Below are positions 13,489 to 26,412 of a DNA stretch of 64,000 nt, piece by piece. Within the stretch, counting starts at the first letter, position 1; every line of letters starts with the position of its first letter. The stretch is from Mytilus edulis (taxonomy: Eukaryota). The translations under genes and the position numbers were made by a program. Under the pieces are notes generated by a model. That model saw nothing but the letters and a program-made list of their open reading frames with translations. It did not search any database and was not told the origin of the DNA. The DNA is taken from the NCBI RefSeq assembly GCF_963676685.1, contig NC_092350.1, positions 38,936,001 to 39,000,000 of the forward strand. The letters are read 5' to 3'.

Positions 13489-15173
13489 GGGCAATACAAG
13501 TGGGCTTAATAATGTTGTAATTTATAAGATGCATTCATCTGCCAGTATTGTTGAATGAAGGGATGGATACCTTCAACATATTATTGCAAATTTTTTTCAG
13601 TTTTAATTTATTAGTACTATAAATTTCAAGAGTCTCCACTCAAAATAAATTTATATTGATATGATAACTGTCATAATTTTACAAAGGAAAATAAAAATTC
13701 CATTCCAAAATGTATTGTATTCCAATATGAAATAGTCCGATGCAGACAGAGGGCATTTATAGTTAAGCATTATTTGTCTTTCTCTATATGATATAATTTT
13801 AACTGTATCGTTCTTTTCTTTCATTATCATTACACTCATGACAATACTTATCTAAGTTGTTTCCTGTACTACATCTACAATAAGTTGCCAAAATATGACT
13901 ATAAATCGTTTAATATAATGCTTCTTTATTTAGAAACTCTATTCAAAGATTTGCAAATCTTAACATCTAACAGAGTTCATGATACATGGCAAAGGGGACA
14001 TAATCTTCTTGCACCTGAAATGCATGGATGTAAATGCACACGACGGATCCATATTCGATGTATAGATGCTAATAAATATGCATACCAATCATAAATTATA
14101 TATGACCATAATATATTCTGCAATTAATCTTCTGAGACAACTTTAAATAGGTTATTGACGACATACCAAGGACATGAGTTTTCGGTTTATTTTCGTAACA
14201 ACATTTTGTTTCAGGAAACTCTGATTTAAATGACTACAGGAATATTTCAGCAAGTATGAGTGTATAAGTAGTTTTATTTGGGACTCTGAGTGTCGTTTAC
14301 AATAATGATTAAATTCACATAGAGATAGGCATTCTCTCGTTCTTAAAAAGTTGTGAAATTTTGTTTTGTTTTATTTTATCGATTAACTACATGCCTGTTT
14401 GAATTCAGTATGTAATATTTAATATGTCAAAAGAACATTGGTTTAAATTGTATTGGTTTGTTTTAGCATAAATATTGAACATAGATAGAACTATAGTATG
14501 TCCAATTTTTTATCTACCATAAGCACGACTTCTTGAAGATATGATATTTAGATGGAAATTGCAGTTACGAAGGAATAGTGAGAATATCTGTTTCCATTTT
14601 CGGTCCAAAGGACTTGCAATTTAATAATACAGTGTAATGTCGAATACCACCTTTGTTGTAGTGTCAAAAAGACAAAAGTTCATTTCTTATTAATCTCCGC
14701 AGCGTATGTGTGTCATCAAATGACTATCGGATCAGCTTTTTTAACTGATGAATAAAAACAGCAATTTTCGTAGTGGTACAGAAATACATGTAGAAGAGTA
14801 AAGGGTTCACGTCATAATATGAAAGTTTAATCAAATGCTTTTCTTGTATTTTATGTAGTAAGTGTTATTCGATGTGTATTTTATAAAACTTATGATATAA
14901 TCGAACTAATATTGTATTTATTATTCATATAATTCAATTGACAGATCATGATGCGAGTAATCATAAGTTTGTATGTCATCAATTTAAGAAAAGGTACTTT
15001 ACAATGATAAACTACATCGTTGTTTATTCTTAAAACCAATTTTAATACTTACTCAACACTTGTTTGAGTATATATTTTACACAATATATAGCTGCTTTTT
15101 TTTTTTTAGATAATAATGAATTAAAAAGGCAGTAGCGCCAAAAGATCTTTTCCGTCAAATAATGTTTTAAATC

Positions 15174-18100
15174 CTATAAGTTGTACTTCTTTTTCCGACG
15201 TTTACCGCAAACAAATACATCCCAGATCCGCTGATCTTGTACCTCAACTAAAAGCGTCAGTAAACTTCCGGATAAAACGGTTAATCCTAATAGCCAAAAC
15301 CACCTACTTGGATCCTCCTCCACTAACTGCCTCCATATTGTATTCCATATCAGAGCACCAGCGTTTCCACCTGCGCCCACTAATCCCGCTACAACACCAA
15401 TGTGTAATGGGAGGACATAAGGAACGATAGCATAAGTTGTCCCTTCGGACATTTGTACGAACACGCTGAAAAATATCATGGCAGCAATGGCATTGGGTAT
15501 AGTAGTCATAGTACTAAAGATAATCAGCATTGTACCCTCGCCTACAAGACAAGTGAAATGGGCTGTCAGACGACCCGCAATGCCTAAATGTTGACGCAAA
15601 ACATCAGAATAAATCCCACCCATTGCTCTAGCAAAGAGATTCATTAGACCAAATAAGGATGCAACCAAACTAGCTGTATCCTGATCAAGAATGCTGCATT
15701 CGTTAGATTCGTCCAGTCGGACAAGAATTGGTGTAGTCATGTTTGTTGTATTAAATTGATTATTGATATCGTTCAAACAGTCCTCCTTTTTAAATCTATA
15801 TAGAAAATAAAGGTTCATAACGGTATTGACAGCTATTTCTACTCCAAAACACATTCCGTACTGCATCACCAAAACCACCATCGTCACAGCTGCCCAAAAC
15901 TTACCAACTAGGCTGGTCGGCTCTTTATTTTCATCGATCTGTTCTATTGGAGACGTCTGTACTTCCAGTTTGTCTACATTTGTTTCCTTTTCGACTAAAA
16001 ATAAATGTCAGTTTGTATTTGAGTACTATGTAAATAAAAGCAACAGTAAGTTATTGTATGTAGTTAAAACAATTGTTAATTTCCTAATGCATGTAAAGCA
16101 AAACTTTGGTTAGCTTGCTTGCTTTGTTTGTATAATGTACAATCATATTAGGATAACTCCCAATTTAATTCAAATATTATATATACAGGTTAAACAATGC
16201 CTCTAAATATTGTTTAAAGATGTCAATCTTATTTAGAAAGCTTACATAAACAATAATACAAACAAAGCAAGCAAGCCAACCAAAGTTTTACTTTGCAAGC
16301 ATTAAGAAATCAGCTGTAAATAATTTAAAAAAACAACTTAACAATACAAATAAAAAGCTATAACATTTGACTATTCCAGAGGAAGACCGAACCAATAGAT
16401 AACTATAACATGTATAATTCACTGGTTTAGAATATATCTTCTGAACTGGTATGATTCTGGTGTGTGTTTGCATCGATTTTATGTCTATTTGTTATAAACA
16501 GCCTCGATTAGCTCGTGATAGTGCGTTCACCTCGAGTGCGAGATGTTGTGGGTTCGACCCCCGGCCGGCTCAAACCACAAAGACTTTGAAATTGGTATTT
16601 GCCGATTATCCACTAAGCACGCGCATTACGGAGCACGAGAACAGACTGATAGGCTCTGAGTTAGAAAAATGTGTCCGGATAAGGTGACATGTTTCCCTGA
16701 GGAATATTGCCTTGTGAGCTAGCACGTTAAATATCCGGCTCAATGTTCCGGTCAAGCACAAAGCAGAGAAAATATTCATATTACATTTACATGGGCTGGT
16801 CCTGAATACAAGTATGCATATCAATTTATCGCTGTACGTAAGTATCCATTCATCTTTATCATATTCACCAATTTGTAATACTAGTAAATGATAATGACAA
16901 AGTCATTTGAGATAATTAGCAACCTCAAGTATATCTGAAGGACTTGAAATAGAGTTCCCCAAAAAGGGCAAGCTTCCCATTATATGCTAGGGATCATTAC
17001 TTTTAAAGTTTCACATAACTCTACAAACGAGATATCTGACAAATGGAGACGTTTAGCATGCAAATAAAACACATTCAAATCAAAATAAATTTCCATATCT
17101 CCGCAGCAACATTTTTTCATGGTCATTTTATGGTATTCCGTCATGACAGGAACATCGTGTTATAGCTTGCAAAAAACCCTAATTCAAAGCAAACAGAATT
17201 TCATTATCTCCGCAACAACATTTCATATGCATTTCATGGTATTCCGATTCTCGTGCTTTACTTGCAAAATTTAAAAAAGTAACACGAATAGTAAGCGTCG
17301 GGCAAAAGCCAGGCAAAATGACTGACAGTTATAAGACAGAATAACAATATTCTTAATTTCAAAACACGCGCGTTTCGTTTACAAAAGACTCATAAATGAC
17401 GCCGAAATCACAAAAATTAAAAGGCCAAATGAAGTACCAATTTGAATATTGTTTAGGACCCCAGAAATACAGCTTTTGTCATATATTTAACGTGGGGACG
17501 AACATCCTTGGTATTTTGAAAAATAATTAAAGTTTTGTAAAAAGTTATATCTCAAAAATACTAAACTCCGAGGAAAATTCAAAACAGAAAGTCCCTAATC
17601 AAATGGCTAAATTTAAAGCTCAAACACAACGAATGGACAAGAACTGTCATATTCCTGACTTAGTACAGGCATTTTCTTATTTTCAAATTAGGTAAACAGT
17701 GAATGTATAATTATGACAACGTCAATGATAATTCATGCACTGTTGAAATCCATTATTATTTTTATCAAATCTTTTTATTTATCAAAAGGTGTTATCGTAT
17801 ATATTATATAATTTCTGTTTACTAGATCAGGTTTTTCTAAGGCATCATTCAAATTTAAAGACAGGTCTCTGTTTAAAATAAACTTAGACTTGAGTGATTG
17901 TTATTTGTTTAAAGTCTGGTAACACTAACTGCATACAGAATGAGGACAAGGAGAAGTCAAACAATAGATCTAATAGCAAAGTTCTGCATAGTGCGTTCAC
18001 CTTACCTTCTAAAAACGCGGGACTTTGTTTTTGAAACTACGTCATCGATAATAATAGAAATATTATAGTGTGGAAAAATAAAACATCAACGAATAACTTC

Positions 18101-20365
18101 GGTTAATTCTTATTTTCATCAAACCTTAAAAATCAAAGTATATGATGTTCTACGTGATAATTTATGTAATTTCAAGGATTTATTGTTACTGACAGTATAT
18201 TTTCCCGACAACTAAGTACATGTTCAATTGAAAGCAGAAAGATTAGTAACTTGGTTGCCCGTATTTGCTAGTCTGGAAGTTATATATTTATCAATACCGA
18301 AATATGCAATCCTTAATGACCTGACAATAGTATCGTAACTAGAGAGCATTATGACTTTGCATGTATAGACGAGCAATGCTGAATAATCTAAATTATTTTG
18401 CTTTTCCAAGATTATATTCTTTTATGTGTATGGCTTTGATTTTCCAAAAATCTTTGGAACACCGGGCATTTTCCCTCTCAAAGCCTGTTGTATATGGTCA
18501 TTTCGGGGAAAAAATATTTTATATTTTACTTTTATATATTTTATATTTTTTCTATATCTTACCTTCCTTTGGCATCTCTACTGTCTTTGAGTCATTTTTA
18601 TATCCTAAATTCGCAACACCTTGTGTTTCATTTTTTTTCTTTTCTGGTAATTTTGCAGATGGTGGCAATGTACGGTTTTCCCAAAGTCCTTGTGGACAAT
18701 CATCAGAAGTGAACAGTATTAAAATCCCTGGAAAAAACCACACACACTGTTTTAGTGGAAAGATCTACGTTCCATTTACTAATAGTTTTGTACATTTACA
18801 AATTGATAGTTTTGCACATGCTTCTCATGTTGAAATCGAGAGTAACGTCAAAATGTCTATAATTAATTTTTTTTTGTCTACCAACTGGTCTTACATTTTT
18901 CATGCACTTCCAGAATGAGTACCAATTATACGTTGTCTTGTTTTTTGTGGTGTTTTTCTTATTGTTTTATTGTTGTTGCATTGTCTTTAGTTTTGTATTC
19001 TTATAGACTGCTGTTGGTCTTTTGTCGATCTTCGTTTTATGCCATGGCGTTGTCAGTTTATTTACGACTTACGATTTTCATATTATTTTGGTATCTCCAG
19101 CCTCTCTTTTTGAGTAAGTTAATTTTTTCAAAACTGAACAGTAAACAAACTGGGAAGACAGCTGAAAAAGTATGCTTACAAATTGAAAAAGAGGGAACTT
19201 TTCATGCATTTTCGTACATGTCCGATGTCACAATGCTCATGTTATTACGCCGAGGTTAGAGCCTATTACTTTTTTATTTTAAATGAAAAAACTTACGTTT
19301 TGTGGTAAACTCTACTATCAGATTATAGTCTTTATATCCCGTTGATACGATAATATGTATGACATAAAAATATTAAATTAACTGTGAACGAGGTCCGGTA
19401 TCGATATACCTCTTTAGGTCAATAGTTATCAAAGGTACCAGGATTATAATTTAGTACGCCAGTCTGTTTTTCCTTTTCATTTTTAGCCATAGCGTTGTCA
19501 TTCTATTTTCTTTTAAAGAGCATTTAGGACCCAAAATTCCAAAAAACATGATTCTTTACAAATCAGATTGTTTGAAATATACTCAATGATAACTTTACAA
19601 AATAGTCAAAGAAATCATATGTGTTGTTATTGTTTTACGGAATAGTGCGTTCACCCGTTCAAACTTCATTCGCCTATGCAAACATGTATATAAAACTACA
19701 CTATATCATAATTTGTAGAGCCTACCTATGAGAACACAGATAACGGAAGGTATGACGACTGCTATCTTCCATGCCAGGAATTCGTCTGCTCCAAATACTT
19801 CCATTAACCGAAATAATCCCGGCATCAAAATAAAAGTAAATCCTCCCCCTAGATTTCCCCATCCGGCAGCTATTGCGTTAGCAGTTCCTACTATCTTCGA
19901 ACTAAACATTGCAGTTGTCCAGAACTGACACGGAACGAATGTTCCACCTAATATTCCAACGAATAATCGCAATATAATCAGACCTGTGCCACTTTTAATT
20001 AAGCCCGCTAGTGCCATTGGTACAGCACCAGTAATTAGAAGACAAGACATTGTTTTTCGTGGTCCATATTTGTCACACATCGGTCCGATAATTACCCTAA
20101 CAGCTACGGTAGCAGCAACACTAGCAATGCCTGAGTTAGCAAGGTCTGTTTTTGATAACTTGAGTTCTTTTCTTATTGTGGGGAGTAATGGTTGTAACCC
20201 AAACCATGAAGTGAAAGCGATGAAAAAACAAAACCACGACGAATGGAAACTTCGCATGTATGGACGAGCAATGCTGAATAATCTGAATTGTTTTGCTTTT
20301 CCAAGATCATCTTCCTCAATATGTTTGGCTTGTATTTTCCCGAGAACTTTGGTACAGCAAGGCAT
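15174..20365 (-). CDS. NRT2: Nitrate/nitrite porter (NNP/NRT2 family, MFS), paralogue B; 3 coding exons, ~541 aa
   Basis: Exons 20365-19726 (640 nt), 18727-18563 (165 nt) and 15994-15174 (821 nt) give 1626 nt in frame. Intron positions and phases match paralogue A. Motifs GTANAIAAGWGNLGGG, FGLMNLFARAMGG and GVVAGLVGAGGNAG are present. Confidence 0.93.
16085..16304. mobile_element. Foldback/MITE-like element; a related copy lies at ~38110-38400
   Basis: The ~55-bp imperfect inverted repeats are taatgcatgtaaagcaaaactttggttagcttgcttgctttgtttgtat and atacaaacaaagcaagcaagccaaccaaagttttactttgcaagcatta. Confidence 0.65.
16500..16775 (+). mobile_element. tRNA-derived SINE in NRT2-B intron 2
   Basis: tRNA-like head with B-box gggttcgacccc, followed by a core (gactttgaaattggtatttgc...cactaagcacgc) resembling mollusc Meta-type SINEs. 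Confidence 0.65.
18355..18486 (-). pseudogene. Degenerate fragment of NRT2 coding exon 1 (acceptor, ATG and first ~35 codons) inside intron 2 of paralogue B
   Basis: Aligns by eye to 20250-20385 (gacgagcaatgctgaataatct..attg/attattttgcttttccaagat). It translates KIKAIHIKEYNLGKAK*FRLFSIARLYMQS versus KIQAKHIEEDDLGKAKQFRLFSIARPYMRS, with an in-frame stop and a frameshift after the ATG. Confidence 0.85.
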
Positions 20366-22951
20366 TATTCCCGCTCAAAGTCTGTAACATAAATTTAAGA
20401 AATTATGTAAATTATAGTAAGAATCTGAAACAGTCTAGTAAGATTTTGTATGTATACCTGCTGATTATAACGCACTGGTTAATCCGTTATGATCATCAAG
20501 CAGAAAGTTATCGGTCACGATCTTTGTTGAAAAATGAAAATTTTGAGAGAAAATACATTTATTTGTAATAATTGTCATCTAAATGTAGAAAATTGTGTGT
20601 TTCATCTTTGTATTTTTTACAACAACAAAATACTTCTGTCTGATTTAAATTGTGTTCAACTTTGCCATGAGAGCGGAGATAACTCAGATATTATTTTTTT
20701 TAAAGAATAACATATGTAGCAAGGAAACGAGGCCCGTTACCCCAATTTTTATTTTTATTTTGATAAAGCATATTATACGAGCTATCTTTTCATATTTCAT
20801 CTAAAAATAATATCGGTTAGTTTTCTTTCTTTTTAATACACAAAATTGTTTTTTTCATGAACTTTCCTTACAATGTTTGACAATTTTGCCAAACATATAG
20901 CCTAGTGTGACCCATACTTTTTATTATATTTTTGAATAAAACATAATATAAATAGTTATCAAAGGTACCAGGCTTATAATTTAATACTCCAGACACGCGT
21001 TTCGTCTACATAAGTCTCATCAAAACAGTTAAAAAGCCAAACAAATACAAAATTAAAGAGCAATGATGACCCCAAATTCCAAATAGGTGTGCCAAATACT
21101 GCTAAGGTTATCTATGCCTGAGTTACGAAAATCCTTAGTATTTTGAATAATTCATACATTTGCAAACAGTAAATTTTAAACAAATTGACCAAATAATTGA
21201 TATTCATGTCAACATCGAAGTGTGGTCTACTGAGATGCTGATACCCTCGGGGAAGAAACGCCCACCAGTAGTGGCATCGACTTAGTTGTATAAATAGTTA
21301 TCAAAGATACCAGGCTTAAAATTTAATTCGCAAGACGCTCGTTTTGTCAACATATAAACTACATTTTGGGAAATTATCAAAAAATATCTATCTTTTGATT
21401 GCAAAATACATTTTTATGATACAGAGGGTGAAAGCCATTTTGTATGTGTTAATTTTATTTGCGACTGTTTAATATTCCTGCATGTCTACTGTGAAATTAG
21501 ACACAAATAGCTTTCATCATTTCTGAAATTGAATCTAGAATCCGTAGTATGAAAATCTAGATATTCATTGTTAACCCTGTTGCACTGCTATCATAACTAA
21601 TTTATTTCATAAAAAGCACTTGTCATTTTGCGGTGTAGAATTCCCATTTTATTTACGCATTTATCGTACGGTACTAAATATATATCAGGTAACAGGATAC
21701 AAAAACGAACACTTTTATTTTTTCATTTGTTAAATGCAGGCGATTTGATATGTTTTTAATCATTAAGATTAATTCGATAGGTAGAAAAAGAAAAGAAAAA
21801 AAGGACCATAAATCTAAACCACCAACAAATATCGAAACGTCACTATAGAGTAAAAAAATAGGAGGCTATAAAATATCTGTTAAAAGTACTTACAATGGGG
21901 TTTCTTGTCTTAATTTTGTTTAAATTTCAACAATGAATAAGAAGAAATTAATATTAGTAAATAGGGTATGGAAGAAGTTGAGAGGTTGCCGGTGGATTTC
22001 AAAAATATTTCCCACTTAGATTATCGAGTCTGTCCAGTGTATTGTGTATTATCGATATTATCAACATCGCCATGTCTACTATATCGTGTCATTATTGTGT
22101 CAGTATCTATAGTAGAAATTTCGATGATGATAGAAGCGAGTCAACATCGTGTTCATATTGGGTACCAAGTCTATAACTTTGTGCTTACATCACCGACCGT
22201 GCTAGGACTTTATAACCAGTCAAGGTCGTTAAAAACGTCCATAACATCACGATGTTGTAAATAGTGAATCAAAATTTTGTTAATATTGTTAACCGATTCA
22301 TACTTTTCTGTTTGCATCGTAGACATAACAATGTTGATAATATCGTGTCAATATCGTATTTATATTGTATTTGAGTTTTTACCGTTATTTTATATCGTTC
22401 ACATTGTCAACATCGCGATGATGAAAATATCGTGTCAAATCGTTTATGTTGAAAACCGAGTCAATACGCCTTTGTTAAAATTACATTGTCGTCAACATCG
22501 CGATTTTGATAATATCGAATGAACCTTGTGTTTATATTGTATACCGAGACTTTGTGTTAACATCGTTCATATCGTCACCATCGTTTCAGCATCGTTTTTA
22601 TAATGAAAACTGAGTCTATGTGTTTACACCGTTTGCTTCCTCAAGATCGCGATGTTAACAATATTATTTCAACATCGTGTTTATATTGTATACAGAGACT
22701 ATACCAAATAACAACTCAATTTTGTCATTTTATGGGGGATTTTTTGCTGTTTTTATCTCTTCTACATTTCTCTTTAACTCGTAGCAACTTAGAGCCTAAC
22801 AAATGATATACATGATGTTGACACGATATCAGATATCGTTAACACAGCAATGTAAACGACGTAAACACGATATTGGGATAAAATACGCAACCGACGGTCT
22901 TTATCAATGGATGAAACTATACAAAATATGTCAAGCTATAATTTACCGTAC

Positions 22952-23430
22952 AAAATTGAGAATGGAAATTGGAAATGAGTCAAAGAGACCACAACCCAAC
23001 CATAGAGCAGACAACAGACAACAACCGAAGGCCACCAATGGGTCTTCAATACAGCGAGAATCTCCGCACCCGGAGGAGTCCTTTAGCTGGCACAAATATG
23101 TATACTAGTTCAGTGACAATGGACGTCATACTGAACTCCGAATTATACACAAGAAACTAAGATTAAAATCAGTCAAAAGACTATCAAAGGCCAGAGGCTC
23201 CCTTTGTTTGGGACAGGCCCAAAGATGCAGCGAGGTTGAACATGTTTTTGAGATCTCAACCCTCACCCTATACATATATGCAATGTAGTAAAAACAAACA
23301 CACAGCAATATACACAGTGAAACTCCGAGTCAGAATAGGTAACAAAAGAAACTAAACAAAATTACAATAATACATGAATTAACAAAGGACTGCTAGCAGC
23401 TACTTACATGCCAGCCCCAGGCCTCAATTA
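22952..23430 (+). repeat. Dispersed repeat; inverted related copies at ~24740-25090 and ~46835-47045
   Basis: aaattgagaatggaaa..gg..aaagagac.acaacc...atatactagttcagt is matched by actgaactagtatat...ccccatttccattctcaatttt at 47 kb, and gagatctcaaccctc by gggagggttgagatctc at 25 kb. Confidence 0.7.
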
Positions 23431-26204
23431 CAGCCGATTTCATTGAGTGTGTAATGAAAGGTAGAATCCTTGGTTAGCTTGCTTGATAGCTGAGCCGTTA
23501 AGTCGATATTATGTAAGGTATCCTACCCTTCTTTCGAATTAGTCTAGACTTACAGACATGTAATTTGGCTATACTCGGACTTGTCTACTTTTAAAGGATG
23601 GCAGTTTACCTAACCTGCAATCGACTGCAAACTGATTGAAAGATTATGTCTTCATCACTCGAATATCAAGCACAATTCCTACCCACTTTTATAACACTTA
23701 TTCTAACATAATGAATATTATGATGTTCTTACTTATAGTTCAGATCCTGATAAACATTTTACACATTCAGTACAGATAGACGTGTTTCTGTGTCAGTTTT
23801 CTTGTTTTCGAGGCAGAAATGTTTTTTAATGACATTATACATGTTTAAAGAGCTCAAAATATTTACGTTCCGGAGAGTGGTAACTTCATCTGAAATTTCA
23901 CGCCGTGAAATTAGTGCACAGGTACAATACATAACTATGCAACAAACCTGTTCAACTACTTTTACAAGGCGAAAAAGAAAGTCGAATTGTGAAGCCCTTA
24001 AACAATACATTTTTAATCTGAGCATGCAAATTGAAGATTATGTTTTATATATTTCAATTAACATATTTGCAGAACAAAAACATTTATTTTGAGAATCCCA
24101 GACACTATATTAGTTTTCACTTTTTCCACTAATTCCACGTGTTTTCAAGTGATAGTAAACTCGCAGTAGCCCACAAAGCAATGTAGTTCATTGAGTCGAT
24201 TGGTCAGTTTTTCAAGGACATCATTGGCCTTGTGTTTGGAAAATTGATATGCAAATATATTCTGACGTCAGGAGTTCTCGACTTGTTCACCATTAGAGCG
24301 AAAAATATAACGTCCGTCGTTATGACATAACTGCTTATGTAAATAAACTCATCATAGATATCAGGAATAAATTAAGTATATACGCCAGACGCGCGTTTCG
24401 TCTACAAAAGATTCATCAGTGACGCTCGAATCCAAAAAAAATGCATCTCAGTTTGTATATTATGTATCTCTCAGATATTTCCAACCATAGATGTAATAAA
24501 GTAACAAACACAATTTCACTTCAAAAGCTAACCAAACCTTTCAACAGACTTACTCCAAAGGGATATAGTTACGATACTATTGTCAAGTAATTAAGGATTG
24601 CATATTTTTGTATTAATATTGATTCCCTTATAGGGTCTTTGCATCGGCAATATACATATTTATTCTAAAACCAGTTGTTAGCATGATACGGGTTATGTTT
24701 TCGTTTATCTTATGATGGTATGATACTAAACCCCTAACGGGAGGGATTTTACGTGATTTTCATATGATGAAGACATAATATGTCAATCAGTTTAATTGAG
24801 GTCTGGAGCTGGCATGTCAGTAACTACTATAAGTCGTGTGATGACTTATTCATCATTGTCATTTTGCTTAGTTTCTTCTATCACCTATTCTGACATCGGA
24901 CTCGGACTTCTTTCAAACTGAGTTTAGCTACTGTGCGTATTGCTATGTGTTTCTTTATTCTACATCAGGTAGAGGTATAGGGGAGGGTTGAGATCTCACA
25001 AAACATGTTTAACCCCGCCTCAGTTTTGCGCCTGTCCCATGTAAGAAGCCTCTAGCCTTTGTGAGTCTTGTATGGTTTTTTTAATTTTAGTTTACTTTTG
25101 AATTTTTCATATTTGTTTTTTCTAATATTTTGGTTTAGAGAACTTTTAGGTTTAGTGTACTTTCACAACTTATTAGTAGAAGAACTATTAATTTCAGCTT
25201 CTCCACTTGAAACCTTAAGTTAAATAGCTTCTCTGTAAGCAGCAACCCTCATTATAGAAAACGCAAGCCCTGGAATATCGTTTCAACTGGGAGATATATA
25301 CTCAATATGCAGGTGCTGCTGGGATGTTGATACATAGAAATGAAAAGCTCACAATTTAACAACTAAAGACAAATTTTGAATTTTAAAAAGTACTTATCAT
25401 CAAGAAAATTTAAGAAGGAGCACGCATTTTAGTTGAATATTTTTTTTCTTGTCTACTCAAAACTCGTAATGCCGTTTTCAAATATTATATTCTCAAACGC
25501 TCGAATTATAAAATGGTGAAAATCATAGCAAATAGCATTAGCAAATAGCAATGAAAACGGATATAAAGTATAGAAAATTGTGCAAACATTTTCATTTATA
25601 TATGAAAAAAAGCATTTTTTATGTTGCATTAAAGTAATAATGATAATTTGCAGTACCTTTGTGATGAAACTCCTTGTGATAAAACCAATCAGGAAGTAAT
25701 CGTTAATATATATAATGCATTCGTTTTAAAGTGACAAACATTGATACTGTTATTTACAGATGTGAAGATATGTTTGATAGGGTAAAATGAGACTTACATT
25801 ATTCGTTTTAACGACGCATTAAAAAGTGTGTTTACTTAGTATGTTTGATAGCATTCCGCAAGATATTTGGGAGTTTAATTTCCTTTACTCTTTATATAAA
25901 TATCCTCGGTGTACAATTTTTAGAAAATGATGAATACTAATTGCTTTGAACTTTTATAAGTTTAATTCTGCACTATTAAATCATTTTTTTTAATTTTCTG
26001 TTCCGTCATCTTGGCTCCGGTTTTTAAATGTCTCAACTGCATAGCAAGTGCGTAAAACATTGGCATTGAAATAATGATTGAAGAGACTACATTCGTCCTT
26101 GTATTTCATTCATGAATATTTTCTTTTACGTTTAGCTTAATAAGAGACAAAGGTAGTTACAAAGTGTAATTAACGATTTTCAAAACTAACAATTCTTATA
26201 TATA

Positions 26205-26412
26205 AAAAAGAAGATGTGGTATGATTACCAATGAGACAACTGTCCACAAGAGACCAAAATGACACATACATTAACAACTATAGGTCACCATACGGCCGTC
26301 AACAATGAACAAAGCCCATACCGCATAGTCACCTATAAAAGGCCCCGATATGACAATGTAAAACAATTCAAACGAGAAAACTAAAGAAAAACAAATATGT
26401 AACACATAAACA
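26205..26412 (+). repeat. Dispersed repeat family (partial copies at ~4848, 40363, 51236, 55810)
   Basis: Shared aagatgtggtatgatt(g/a)ccaatgagacaact..ccacaagagacc-aaatgacaca. Confidence 0.8.

Noticed and set aside
18361-18918. 185-aa plus-strand ORF
   Set aside because: It is the antisense shadow of NRT2-B exon 2 and the exon-1 relic, with no independent protein features.
1327-20365. NRT2 genes as algal/fungal contamination or as uncollapsed haplotypes
   Set aside because: Their introns and flanks carry the same repeat families as the AKT1S1 region, and NRT2-B is gap-free with AKT1S1. The two copies differ extensively at synonymous sites and have unrelated introns.
19986-20387. 133-aa plus-strand ORF (also 15826-16113 and 19728-19928)
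   Set aside because: Antisense shadows of NRT2-B exons.
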